DNA from: Candidatus Methanomethylophilaceae archaeon
GTDB lineage: Archaea; Thermoplasmatota; Thermoplasmata; Methanomassiliicoccales; Methanomethylophilaceae
Length of the DNA stretch: 64,000 nt
Assembly (NCBI GenBank): GCA_016297775.1
Contig: JAEDGA010000003.1
Location: 2,535 to 66,534 of the forward strand
Direction of reading: 5' to 3'
Shown here piece after piece: positions 18,771-27,616 of the stretch. Position numbers and translations under genes: made by a program. The notes under the pieces are model-generated. The model did no database searches, was not told the DNA's origin, and saw only the letters and a list, made by a program, of their open reading frames with translations. The first letter of the stretch is position 1. Every line of letters starts with the position of its first letter.

Positions 18771-19765
18771 CCCTTCACCTTCGATATCTCTTCGGGTCTG
18801 AGGATGCCCTTCTCGGTGATGAATCCCGTGACATACCTGGCGGGTGTCATGTCGAACGCGGGATTGAGCGCAGGCGAACCGACGGGTGCTATGCGTATGT
18901 CGCCCACCATCGTAACCTCCTCCTCGGACCTGTTCTCGATGACGATGTCCGCTCCGGTGGCTGTGTTGAAATCGAACGTCGATATGGGTGCAGCTACGTA
19001 GAACGGTACTCCGAACTCCTTGGCCAGCACGGCCTTTTCGAAGGTACCGATCTTGTTGGCGAAATCACCGTTCGCCGCGATCCTGTCGGCACCGACGATG
19101 ATCATGTCCACGCCCTGTCTGATGAAATGTCCGGATGAACCGTCGGGGATGATGGCATGATCCATACCTTCTTGGTTCAACTCCCAGGCGGTGAGCTGCA
19201 TACCCTGGAGACGGGGGCGGGTCTCGGAAGCGTACACGAAGAACTTCTTCCCATCCGATTTAGCCTTCCTCATGGGTGCGAGTGCGGTACCCACATCCAC
19301 GGTCGCGAGAGCTCCCGCGTTGCAGTGGGTCATGATCCTGTATCCGTCCTTGATGAGTTCTCCGCCGTACTTTCCGATGGCGATGCACTTGTCCACCATG
19401 GACTGTGCGTAAGCATCCGCGGCCTCTATCGGATCCGCACCCTCGGACAGTCTCTCCGTCATGTGATCCACGGCGTAGAAAAGGTCGTTGGCGGTGGGTC
19501 TTGCGGCCTTGATATCCTTCGCCGCCTTGACCAGATCGCATCCGGAGAGTGCGGCGAGACACATGCCGTATGCGGCGGTCGCACCGATGGAGGGTGCTCC
19601 CCTGGTGGTCATGTTCCTTATGCTCTCCGCCACATCCTCGTATCTGTCAAAGGAGACGAAGACAAGTTCATGAGGCAATCTCCTCTGGTCGATCATGACG
19701 ACCTTTCCGTTCTCGAACCATACCGCGCGTATGTCCTTTTCCCCGTTCTCCGTCCTTACCTTCAT
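18767..19765 (-). CDS. mtnA: S-methyl-5-thioribose-1-phosphate isomerase (eIF-2B alpha/beta/delta family, MtnA type)
   Basis: VVMIDQRRLPHEL ... MTTRGAPSIGATAAYG ... ETRPRLQG ... GADRIAANGDFANKIGT are typical MtnA motifs. Confidence 0.85.
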   Translation of the reverse strand: MKVRTENGEKDIRAVWFENGKVVMIDQRRLPHELVFVSFDRYEDVAESIRNMTTRGAPSIGATAAYGMCLAALSGCDLVKAAKDIKAARPTANDLFYAVDHMTERLSEGADPIEAADAYAQSMVDKCIAIGKYGGELIKDGYRIMTHCNAGALATVDVGTALAPMRKAKSDGKKFFVYASETRPRLQGMQLTAWELNQEGMDHAIIPDGSSGHFIRQGVDMIIVGADRIAANGDFANKIGTFEKAVLAKEFGVPFYVAAPISTFDFNTATGADIVIENRSEEEVTMVGDIRIAPVGSPALNPAFDMTPARYVTGFITEKGILRPEEISKVKG

Positions 19766-19806
19766 GTTAGCACTGAAGGTCGTATCGGGCCGGATTATTA
19801 TTTCTT

Positions 19807-20631
19807 TTATGCCTGCGGGGCACCGTCATCCAACCCGCATGCGACGGTACGGTACGTGTCCACCATCATGGCCGTTACGAATCCGGGCCTTTCGGTGATC
19901 CTTTTGCCGGCCCCGTAACCTGTGCTCCTGACGATGATCCTGTCAGGCACCTCGATGTTCCTGACGGCCGCTGCGAACGCTATCCCGGTGGGTGTTACGA
20001 ACTCTCCCTGGCACTCCCCGTCGATCATAGGGATCCCGTATCTGGTGGCGATCTCCAGTACGGCGGGGACCGGTACCGGAAGGACACCGTGCTGACATCT
20101 TACGGTTCCCGTACCTTCGTACAGCGGGGAGAAGCATATTCCATTGGGGGACAGGTTGTCAACGCAATATGCCAGCGCTATGATGTCCACGATGGAGTCC
20201 AGTGCACCGACCTCATGGAAGTGCACCTCGTCCACGGGAACGCCGTGGACCTTGGATTCCGCTTCCGCGATTATCGTGAAGATACGTTCCGCTATACGTC
20301 TGGCACCTTCTGTCATATCGGTACCGGAGATTATCTCCATAACATCGGACAGGTTGCGATGCCCGTGTCCGTGCACACAGTCGGCATGTCCCTTCCCGTA
20401 AAGGTATTCGGGATCGTGATCGTGGTTATCCTCATCAAGTACCACATCGAAATCGCAGACGTCTATCAACGACCTCTTGACGGTGGATATCCTTACGGAG
20501 AATCCGTCTGCAGGTATGCTGTCCAAGACCTTCATCAGACCGTCTCTGTCCGCACCTAGGTCTATCATGGATGCCACGGCCATATCGCCGCTGATCCCGG
20601 ACTGGCATTTGAAATAGAGGATCCTGTCCAT
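19807..20631 (-). CDS. larC: LarC-family (DUF111) nickel-insertion protein, N-terminal LarC1 portion only
   Basis: ILYFKCQSGISGDM, a His-rich stretch (HDHDPEYLYGKGHADCVHGHGHR), FHEVGALDSIVDI and GYGAG. Ends with TAA about 30 aa after GYGAG. Start chosen at MDRILYF. Confidence 0.75.
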   Translation of the reverse strand: MDRILYFKCQSGISGDMAVASMIDLGADRDGLMKVLDSIPADGFSVRISTVKRSLIDVCDFDVVLDEDNHDHDPEYLYGKGHADCVHGHGHRNLSDVMEIISGTDMTEGARRIAERIFTIIAEAESKVHGVPVDEVHFHEVGALDSIVDIIALAYCVDNLSPNGICFSPLYEGTGTVRCQHGVLPVPVPAVLEIATRYGIPMIDGECQGEFVTPTGIAFAAAVRNIEVPDRIIVRSTGYGAGKRITERPGFVTAMMVDTYRTVACGLDDGAPQA

Positions 20632-20709
20632 GTTCCGAGTATCACGAATCAACGATATAGCGATGATGTTCTCTGAAAGTATCTATACTATCGTTGCCGT
20701 GATAACGGC

Positions 20710-21453
20710 ATGCTCAGGGAATCCAAACCCGGTGATTACGAACTGTACGCTGCGGCGGACGGTGTCGTGAAGGTCACCAGCGGTGTGGAGAGAAGGATCC
20801 TCCATGCCCTCCAGGACGGGGACTTCACGCCTACCGAACTGTCGTACATCATCGGAAGGTCCCGTTCCACATTGTCGGAGTATCTCAACAAATTGGAGAG
20901 GGACGGACTCATAGCCAGCATAGTGAAGGAGGGGGATGCCCGGAGCAAGGTGTACACGCTCCTTTCCGACCCCCTCGTGAACTCCAAACGTCCGGACCGC
21001 AGGGCATTGGACCTTTCGTCCGAGATATTGAGCGGTGTAACGGAGAGACCTGGGAGTGCCAGCAACCTGATATTAAGATCCGTGATATTGACATTCGACG
21101 GCGTTGGCATGGACATATCGCCGTTGATGTTCACAATCGGTTGCGATATAGCCAAGCACATCCTGCCGGAGATCAAGGCACGCAACGTGAACTTCATGTT
21201 CGACATAGCACGCGACAGGTTCATGGAGTTCAGATTGGGAGAGTTGTCATTCTACAGCAAGGATCCGATAACGGTCCTGTTCAGGGACACGGTGGATCTC
21301 ACACAGTTGTCCGCCGAGGTGATGGCCTCATTCGTCTCCGGGTACATGGTGACGATACTTCGCGGAAAACTCTCCAGGAATTATGTGATCACCGACAGCG
21401 AGATCTTCGGTATCAAGAACAACTACGTCCGCATGACGTTCGAACCGGAATGA
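20710..21453 (+). CDS. winged-helix transcriptional regulator with uncharacterised C-terminal (possibly V4R-like) domain
   Basis: The N-terminus ERRILHALQDGDFTPTELSYIIGRSRSTLSEYLNKLERDGLI is an ArsR/TrmB-like wHTH. The C-terminal 150 aa are unassigned. Confidence 0.65.
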   Translation: MLRESKPGDYELYAAADGVVKVTSGVERRILHALQDGDFTPTELSYIIGRSRSTLSEYLNKLERDGLIASIVKEGDARSKVYTLLSDPLVNSKRPDRRALDLSSEILSGVTERPGSASNLILRSVILTFDGVGMDISPLMFTIGCDIAKHILPEIKARNVNFMFDIARDRFMEFRLGELSFYSKDPITVLFRDTVDLTQLSAEVMASFVSGYMVTILRGKLSRNYVITDSEIFGIKNNYVRMTFEPE

Positions 21454-21455
21454 CC

Positions 21456-22079
21456 TCATACCCTTCTGTATGATATCAGAACGCCGTCCCCGAGGATCTC
21501 GGAACCGACGAGTGCCAGTCTTCTCCCATCGGATACGACCCAGCCGTCCCCGTCGGACGGTGTCGGGGAGGTCCTCCCGCCGATGATCATGCTTCCGACG
21601 AATACTGTGTATTCGTCCACCAGGTCCTCCCTGAAGAACGAGGCTATGGTCTCCCCTCCGCCCTCCACCAGGATGCTCTCGACACCCATATCGCCGAGCC
21701 TCTCCAGCATGTCGTGCAGATCGAACGGGTTCCCGCAACGGATGATCTCCGCACCTTTCACGTCCCCCTCTGCATCGTCGGATGCGGCTATGACGGTCGG
21801 TGCACGATCGTCCAGTACCGCCGCATCCCTGGGTATCCTGAGGTGCGGGTCCACGACCACGCGTATCTGGTTCTCATCATAGGTGCGCCCTTTGACGGTC
21901 AGGTGCGGATCGTCGGATACGACCGTACCGACGCCAACCAAAATGGCGTCATACTTCATGCGCAATCCTTTGACCCTGTCTTTGTCCTCCTTGGAGGATA
22001 TGCGCACCTGTTTCCTGTCGGATCCGGCTATCTTGCCGTCCGCACTCATGGCACAGTTGACATGTACGAAAGGTATCAT
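21456..22079 (-). CDS. 2,5-diamino-6-(ribosylamino)-4(3H)-pyrimidinone 5'-phosphate reductase (RibD C-terminal-domain family)
   Basis: VHVNCAMSADGKIA ... YDAILVGVGTVVSDDPHLTV ... ILVEGGGETI is the archaeal riboflavin-pathway reductase pattern. Start overlaps the rtcA stop by 4 nt. Confidence 0.8.
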   Translation of the reverse strand: MIPFVHVNCAMSADGKIAGSDRKQVRISSKEDKDRVKGLRMKYDAILVGVGTVVSDDPHLTVKGRTYDENQIRVVVDPHLRIPRDAAVLDDRAPTVIAASDDAEGDVKGAEIIRCGNPFDLHDMLERLGDMGVESILVEGGGETIASFFREDLVDEYTVFVGSMIIGGRTSPTPSDGDGWVVSDGRRLALVGSEILGDGVLISYRRV

Positions 22080-23107
22080 GCTCCACCGCCGGGTGTGACG
22101 CTAATGTGATAGAGGTCGTCCCTGCGCTCGACACCGAATTTGACGTCCAGGAACGTCTCCAATGTATCCATCTGGCTCAGCAGATGTCTGCTGATACGGG
22201 ATACGCTGAACGCGCTGTCGCCGTCGGCCATGGCCATGTACGGCAGGAGCTGGTCCGCCGTGTGGACGTCCATGGTGGAACCGGATTCCATGATCTTGAG
22301 GAGGTCGTTGGCCACATCGATACCGGCTTGTTTTGCGGGGTGGCTCTTCGATGTCAGTACGTTGCTACCGATCATACCGTTCTCGTATTCCGCGGCAAGC
22401 GTCATACCCGCTCCCCTGGATATGCCCTCGTCGATCCTCTCGATCTCCAGATCTACATACATGTCCCCCATTGCGGACATGCAACCCTCGATCATCTGAT
22501 CCACGATCCATCCGGGGAGGTTCTGTACGAAACAGGTGCCCCTGATCTTCTTCAGTTCGCCCATCTCCTCGATGAACAAAGGTCTGATGTTCTTGATGGG
22601 GTCCATGTTGAGGATGACGCGTCCTCCGCCCTCAGGGTACAATCCCCTTTGGACGATCTCCAGTTCCGCGTCGATACCCATCCTCTTCATCAGAGGGAAG
22701 AGGACATGCCTGTACGAATCGATGGGAGGTGCCCACATCACGTTCGTACCGCCCATGATGTCCATGCGTACGCGTCTGTCGTGATTCTTGGATGCGAGCA
22801 TCATCGCCTGCAGTACAAGCGTCACGCTGCCGGCACTGCCCACGTCCATGACTATGTCGTACTCCTTCTCGTCACCCGGCAGGACGGTGAGGTCCTGGGA
22901 TCCGAGGGAGTTGCCGATGATGGTCGCGCCGGTCATCTGAGAGACCGCGTTGACGGCAGTACAATGTTGTTTGGAGAGCCCCTGTGTGGGCCTGTTCTCG
23001 CGGATACGGGTGAGATGCGTAGCCTTCCCTGTGATGGCCGCCATGGCCACGGAAGTCCTTACGGCCTGACCTCCACCCTCTCCTCTGGAACAGTCGATCT
23101 CCAACAT
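22076..23107 (-). CDS. rtcA: RNA 3'-terminal phosphate cyclase
   Basis: MLEIDCSRGEGGGQAVRTSVAMAAITGK and GLSKQH; length about 343 aa. Start moved to MLEIDCS (ATG 23105-23107). Confidence 0.85.
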   Translation of the reverse strand: MLEIDCSRGEGGGQAVRTSVAMAAITGKATHLTRIRENRPTQGLSKQHCTAVNAVSQMTGATIIGNSLGSQDLTVLPGDEKEYDIVMDVGSAGSVTLVLQAMMLASKNHDRRVRMDIMGGTNVMWAPPIDSYRHVLFPLMKRMGIDAELEIVQRGLYPEGGGRVILNMDPIKNIRPLFIEEMGELKKIRGTCFVQNLPGWIVDQMIEGCMSAMGDMYVDLEIERIDEGISRGAGMTLAAEYENGMIGSNVLTSKSHPAKQAGIDVANDLLKIMESGSTMDVHTADQLLPYMAMADGDSAFSVSRISRHLLSQMDTLETFLDVKFGVERRDDLYHISVTPGGGA

Positions 23108-23205
23108 CTCTATCGCTTCCTTTGTTACAACAGCTAAGTTATATAATCGTTTTACTCGTTCCGCGTTATTTTCCGCATATGGATCGTTTCGGCGGAAGGA
23201 ACACA

Positions 23206-23213
23206 TTTATTAA
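23206..23213 (+). promoter_or_regulatory. candidate TATA box for tRNA-Val
   Basis: TTTATTAA is centred about 27 nt upstream of tRNA position 1 (23237). Confidence 0.5.
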
Positions 23214-23236
23214 CAAAGTGTCGATGTACTTCCATC

Positions 23237-23312
23237 GGGCTCGTGGTCTAGTGGTTATGACGTCGCCCTTACAAGGCGAAGGTCGCCGGTTCAATCCCGG
23301 CCGGGCCCACCA
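23237..23312 (+). tRNA. tRNA-Val, anticodon UAC, genomically encoded CCA
   Basis: Manual cloverleaf. Acceptor GGGCTCG/CGGGCCC has one G-U pair. Anticodon stem is TCGCC/GGCGA with loop CTTACAA. T arm is GCCGG-TTCAATC-CCGGC. Discriminator A is followed by CCA. A T-rich tract follows. Confidence 0.9.
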
Positions 23313-23343
23313 CTTTCGATTTTCTGCAGTGATGTCGTGTCGG

Positions 23344-24156
23344 TCATTCCACCGACATCGAGAAGTGTATCGCCGTGACGGAATGCGTTATGCAGCCCAT
23401 GGATATGCGGTCGGCACATCCTGCATATTCGGTTATGTTGTCCATGGTTATCCTGCCGGAGACCTCCACGATCACGGACGGGTCGCAGGATTTGATGAGA
23501 TCGTACAACTCCTTCGCCTCCTTCGGATCGCGGTTGTCCAACATGATGATGTCGGCACCGTTGAGCGCCGCATCCCTGGCATCCTCTGCGTTCTCCACCT
23601 CGACCTCCACCTTGATGTCCGTATCGAGGTCGCGGACCTTCCTCATGATGTTCTCCAACCCTCCGGCAGCGGCGATGTGGTTGTCCTTCACCAGGATCAT
23701 GTCGTACAATCCGAACCTGTGCGGTTCGCCCCCGCCGAGAGCGATCGCCTTCTTCTCGAATCTCCTGAATCCGGGTGTGGTCTTCCTGGTACCGGATATC
23801 ATGACTGTGGGAGATATCCTCCTGCAAACCTCCGTGGCATCGTGTACCATGGTGGCGATCCCGCTCATCCTCATCATGATGTTGAGGGCGGTCCTTTCGG
23901 CGGTGGTCATGTTGCGCAACGGGCCGTCGATCTCCATGACCTTCGTTCCGGGACGGACGTAAGTACCGTCTTCCACGACCCTTCTGGCACTTACTCCGAG
24001 TCTGGAGAATACCTCTTCGGCCTCCTCCAATCCCGCCACCACGGCATCGTCCTCGCAGGTTATGATCGCATGTCCGTTCCTGTCCGGGACGAACAGCCGT
24101 GTCGTCACATCCCCTGTCCCGATGTCCTCCTCGAGGAACCTGTCGATATCGTCCAT
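23344..24156 (-). CDS. nadC: nicotinate-nucleotide pyrophosphorylase (quinolinate phosphoribosyltransferase)
   Basis: FLEEDIGTGDVTT ... ISGTRKTTPGFR ... GGGEPHRFGLYDMILVKDNH ... IIMLDN are NadC motifs. Confidence 0.9.
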   Translation of the reverse strand: MDDIDRFLEEDIGTGDVTTRLFVPDRNGHAIITCEDDAVVAGLEEAEEVFSRLGVSARRVVEDGTYVRPGTKVMEIDGPLRNMTTAERTALNIMMRMSGIATMVHDATEVCRRISPTVMISGTRKTTPGFRRFEKKAIALGGGEPHRFGLYDMILVKDNHIAAAGGLENIMRKVRDLDTDIKVEVEVENAEDARDAALNGADIIMLDNRDPKEAKELYDLIKSCDPSVIVEVSGRITMDNITEYAGCADRISMGCITHSVTAIHFSMSVE

Positions 24157-24158
24157 GA

Positions 24159-25394
24159 TCAGATCTCGAGTTCGAAGGGCTCGTCCAGGGACGGAAGGAT
24201 GACGTTATAGTCCGCAAGATCCTCAAGGAACATCTCCCTGGTCTCGGAGTGCATGATGACCACGTTGGTGGGGTCGCACGCCTTGATGAAGTCGACCAGC
24301 TGCTTGTGGTCGGCGTGTGCGGAGAAGTCGTACTTCTGGATTTCGCAGTTCACCTTGGTGGGTTCGTCGTCCAGCTTGATTAGGCCGGTGTCCATGAGCA
24401 TCCTTCCGTTGGTGTCCTCGGCCTGGTATCCCACGAGGAGGATCGCGTTGAGGGGATCGTCCTTCAGGGACCTGATGTAGTTGAGCGCAGGACCTCCGTC
24501 GAGCATTCCGCCGGTGGTGACGATGACGTCCGCCCTCTTGGCATCCTTCCTCATGTTGGCAGTCCTGACCTCGCTGAACTTCCTCTTGGCGGACTTGAGG
24601 TCCTTGGCGTTGAGCAGGTACTCGGGATACTCGGAATAGAGGCGGGTCACAGACCTTCCCATACCGTCGACCCACATGTCGAAGCCCAGATCCTTGAGGA
24701 TGATCATGATCTCCTGGGTCCTTCCGATGGCGAAGCTGGGGATGAGAGCGGTACCTCCGCGGTCCACGACCTCCTTCACCTTGTCGATGAACTCCTTCTC
24801 CACCTGTTTCCTGTCGGGGTGGAGGCGCCCTCCGTACGTACCCTCGATGAAGAGGTTCTCGCAGTCCACCGGCCTGGCACCGTCCACGAGACGGGTCCTG
24901 ATGGTGTGGATGTCCCCCGTGTAGAGGGTGCTGGTCTCTCCGATGAACTCGAACATCGTGGCACCGGGGACATGTCCTGCGGAGTGCAGTTTGGTGTCGA
25001 ACCCGTTGAGTTCGATGGTATCGCCGAACGTGAAAGGCACGACGGATTTCATGGTCCTCTCGATGTCGCCGGTGGTGTAAGGCAGAGGATAGTTCTCGGC
25101 CTTGGCAATCTTGAGGCTGTCATGCATCATGATCTCCCCGACTTCGGCGGTGAGAGGGGTGGCGAAAAGTTCGCATCTGTCCCTTCCGCACACAGCGGGG
25201 ATCATACCGCAGTGGTCGAGGTGCGCGTGTGTGAGGAAAGCGTGCTTTATCCTGGGTGCCACGAGGGGGTACTCCGGGGGTTTCGTGGGTGCCATTCCGT
25301 ATTCGACGAGGAAGGTCTCGTCACCGTTATCCATGGTCATACCCATCTTCCCGACGGTGTCTGCACCGCCGAGGAATCTAAATTTCATCTTCAT
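24159..25394 (-). CDS. beta-CASP/metallo-beta-lactamase RNase (archaeal aCPSF2-type)
   Basis: FLTHAHLDHCG (HxHxDH) and beta-CASP motifs, with the C-terminus ending ...VVIMHSE. 411 aa, which fits the short aCPSF2 group. Confidence 0.8.
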   Translation of the reverse strand: MKMKFRFLGGADTVGKMGMTMDNGDETFLVEYGMAPTKPPEYPLVAPRIKHAFLTHAHLDHCGMIPAVCGRDRCELFATPLTAEVGEIMMHDSLKIAKAENYPLPYTTGDIERTMKSVVPFTFGDTIELNGFDTKLHSAGHVPGATMFEFIGETSTLYTGDIHTIRTRLVDGARPVDCENLFIEGTYGGRLHPDRKQVEKEFIDKVKEVVDRGGTALIPSFAIGRTQEIMIILKDLGFDMWVDGMGRSVTRLYSEYPEYLLNAKDLKSAKRKFSEVRTANMRKDAKRADVIVTTGGMLDGGPALNYIRSLKDDPLNAILLVGYQAEDTNGRMLMDTGLIKLDDEPTKVNCEIQKYDFSAHADHKQLVDFIKACDPTNVVIMHSETREMFLEDLADYNVILPSLDEPFELEI

Positions 25395-25568
25395 CGTCTC
25401 AACTCCTAAAGATTCGTCGCCTCTTGTTCTAGAGGACTTTGGTGATGGGGCTTGCGGGCCCCGTTACATGAATATGGAACGCGCGCGTCGTGTACGCGTG
25501 TTATAGTGACTCAATAAGCAACGCTTATATATGGTTTATGGAATTGAACAATCGTCGGCCTCGCCGAC

Positions 25569-26477
25569 GTGGGATGCATGAGCAAAAGCAAGAATAAGGC
25601 CTCGAGGAACGTAGGTTCCGCGGCCAAAGGTGCAATGGATGGAGCCGTAGGCATAGGCTCCAACGGCTTCTACGACTGCAAGTCCGGTATATTCATAGCG
25701 TCGGTGCTGGCCATGACATTGTCATGGATCCCGCATCTGGGACTTATGGTCGCAGGACTCATAGGAGGAAGGAGGGCGGGATCCATGTCCCGCGGTCTGT
25801 TCGTCGGTCTCGTGAGCTCCGCGGCGGTATTATTCGTCGCTACGGTCATGAACATCGTGTTCGCCAAGATCTTCATGCCCGAATACCAAGGCGTCATCGA
25901 CAGCATATCCGCGATCTCCCCGCAGATCGTGTCCGCTATGATAGCCATCAACGAATATCTCACCGTCAATTTCGTCGCGGTGGATATCAGCGATGTCTCC
26001 ATCCCGTTCGGCAAGTATGCGCTCCTGACGGCATTCGCCCTCATCGGAGGGGTCCTCGCCGATCAGGCAAGGAGGGAGGTCAGGATCATCGTCAGCCACG
26101 CGGAGGAAAGAGCCAGACCCAAAGCACCCCGTTCCACCAGGGCGCACATGGAGTCCCGTCCCATGGGATTCCGCACCTTCGAGGACCTCAACAAGGTCAA
26201 CGTCAGTGTAGTCACGCCCATCCAGGAACCGAAGGTACAGAAGCAGGCCCCCGTCCAGGAGGCCCCCAGGGTACAGCAGGTCGCACCGGCACCCGCCCCC
26301 GTGGCACCCACCAAGGTGGAGATCACCTCGACCACCGTCACCCCGTCCAACGTCGGAGCAACGCCCACCGAGTTCGGCACCGTGTCCGTCAAGGTACAGA
26401 AGCAGGACGTGACCGAGGTACCCAAGGAGACCCAGAAGGAGAAACACACATCCTCTGACGATCTGGATTGGTTCTGA
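25569..26477 (+). CDS. hypothetical membrane protein with Pro/Gln/Val-rich C-terminal tail
   Basis: About 4 TM segments in the N-terminal 180 aa, then a low-complexity tail with a repeated KVQKQ unit, ending DDLDWF. Codon usage matches neighbours. GTG 25569 or ATG 25578. Confidence 0.6.
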   Translation: MGCMSKSKNKASRNVGSAAKGAMDGAVGIGSNGFYDCKSGIFIASVLAMTLSWIPHLGLMVAGLIGGRRAGSMSRGLFVGLVSSAAVLFVATVMNIVFAKIFMPEYQGVIDSISAISPQIVSAMIAINEYLTVNFVAVDISDVSIPFGKYALLTAFALIGGVLADQARREVRIIVSHAEERARPKAPRSTRAHMESRPMGFRTFEDLNKVNVSVVTPIQEPKVQKQAPVQEAPRVQQVAPAPAPVAPTKVEITSTTVTPSNVGATPTEFGTVSVKVQKQDVTEVPKETQKEKHTSSDDLDWF

Positions 26478-26513
26478 CCACATATCGGTACGTCTTTCCA
26501 TCCCCCACACCTT

Positions 26514-26521
26514 TTTTATAA
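26514..26521 (+). promoter_or_regulatory. candidate TATA box for tfs
   Basis: TTTTATAA lies about 36-43 nt upstream of ATG 26557. Confidence 0.45.
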
Positions 26522-26556
26522 TGATAGTACATCGCCACGGATAGAGGACGATACCT

Positions 26557-26859
26557 ATGTTTTGCAAGGAATGTGGTTCGCTTATGTTCCCCGACAACGG
26601 GAAGTACGTTTGTAGGCAGTGCGGTGTATCCGACGATATCGGGGACACCGTCGAGAAGTTCAAGACCGAGCACGAGGAGAAGGTCACAACCGTATTCGAC
26701 GAGAACTCTGCAGCGTACATGTCCAAGATGCGTATCATATGCCCCAAGTGCAGTCACACGGAGGCATTCTACGACATAAGGCAGACCCGTGCCGCCGATG
26801 AACCGGAGACTCAGTTCTACCGCTGTTGCAAGTGCAACCACCAGTGGAGAATCAACTGA
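26557..26859 (+). CDS. tfs: transcription factor S (TFS; RNA polymerase subunit M-like)
   Basis: N-terminal Zn ribbon CKECGSLM...CRQCG. C-terminal Zn ribbon CPKCSH...QTRAADEPETQFYRCCKCNHQW includes the acidic DE hairpin. Confidence 0.9.
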   Translation: MFCKECGSLMFPDNGKYVCRQCGVSDDIGDTVEKFKTEHEEKVTTVFDENSAAYMSKMRIICPKCSHTEAFYDIRQTRAADEPETQFYRCCKCNHQWRIN

Positions 26860-26874
26860 GGGAGTGTGGCCCGC

Positions 26875-27612
26875 ATGTTCAAGGCAGAGCTAAGGTCCGA
26901 TGCACTGAAGGGCCTCATCAACGTGATCTCCACATTGATCGATGAGGTCAAGTTCACCATCTCTCCCGAAGGGATCAGTCTCAAGGCAGTGGATCCCGCA
27001 CACGTCGCGATGGTCGAGGTCACCCTCTCCAAGGCCGCCTTCGAATCCTACCAGGCGGACGACACCGAGATCGGAGTGGACATCGACAAGGTGAAGGATG
27101 TCCTCAAACTCGCCAGCTCCGGCGACATCATCTCCATGGAGCAGGATGCGGAGCACGGAAGGCTCGTGTTCAAGGTCGGCAATGTCACCAGGCGCATGAA
27201 CCTCGTCGACACCTCCAGTCTCGGAGATGTCAGGGTCCCTCCTCTCGAACTCGCGGCATCCATCGAAGTACCCGTAACCGACCTCCAGAAAGGAATCAAG
27301 GCATCCGAGTCCATCTCTGACCACATCGCCCTCATCGCGGACTCGGAGAGGTTCGAACTCCACTGCGACGGTGACACGGATTCCGTGGACCTCGTCATGG
27401 AGGCATCCAACACGGTGAAGATCGACGCGGACATGAAGGTCAGCAGCATGTTCCCGCTAGATTACTTCTCCAACCTCATCAAGGCCGTACCGTCGGACCT
27501 CAGGGTGAAGATCGAGCTCGACACCGATTACCCGGTCAGGATCGTCTTCGCATTGGCGGAGGGTAACGGGGTCGTCAAATACCTCCTTGCACCCAGGATC
27601 GAGAAGGAATGA
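26875..27612 (+). CDS. pcn: DNA polymerase sliding clamp (PCNA)
   Basis: MFKAELRSDALKGLINVISTLIDEVKFTISPEGISLKAVDPAHVAMV is the typical archaeal PCNA N-terminus. About 245 aa. Alternative GTG start at 26866. Confidence 0.9.
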   Translation: MFKAELRSDALKGLINVISTLIDEVKFTISPEGISLKAVDPAHVAMVEVTLSKAAFESYQADDTEIGVDIDKVKDVLKLASSGDIISMEQDAEHGRLVFKVGNVTRRMNLVDTSSLGDVRVPPLELAASIEVPVTDLQKGIKASESISDHIALIADSERFELHCDGDTDSVDLVMEASNTVKIDADMKVSSMFPLDYFSNLIKAVPSDLRVKIELDTDYPVRIVFALAEGNGVVKYLLAPRIEKE

Positions 27613-27616
27613 GAAC

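Noticed and set aside
19766-19809. Amber (Pyl) read-through as an explanation for the short larC and the split nuoJ
   Set aside because: Both ORFs end in TAA (19807-19809 on the minus strand; 49763-49765), not TAG, and downstream sequence belongs to other genes.
20653-20709. C/D box-like ATGATG...CTGA in the larC/regulator spacer (and GTGATGG at 14149-14160)
   Set aside because: The box-like elements are only about 5 nt apart at 20653-20709. At 14149-14160 there is no D box. The last position of the C box is mismatched, and no terminal stem or guide-length spacers are present.
23108-23343. Possible integrated element next to tRNA-Val
   Set aside because: There is no integrase, no direct repeat of the tRNA 3' end, and no compositional break that I can see. 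The flanks are rtcA and nadC housekeeping genes.
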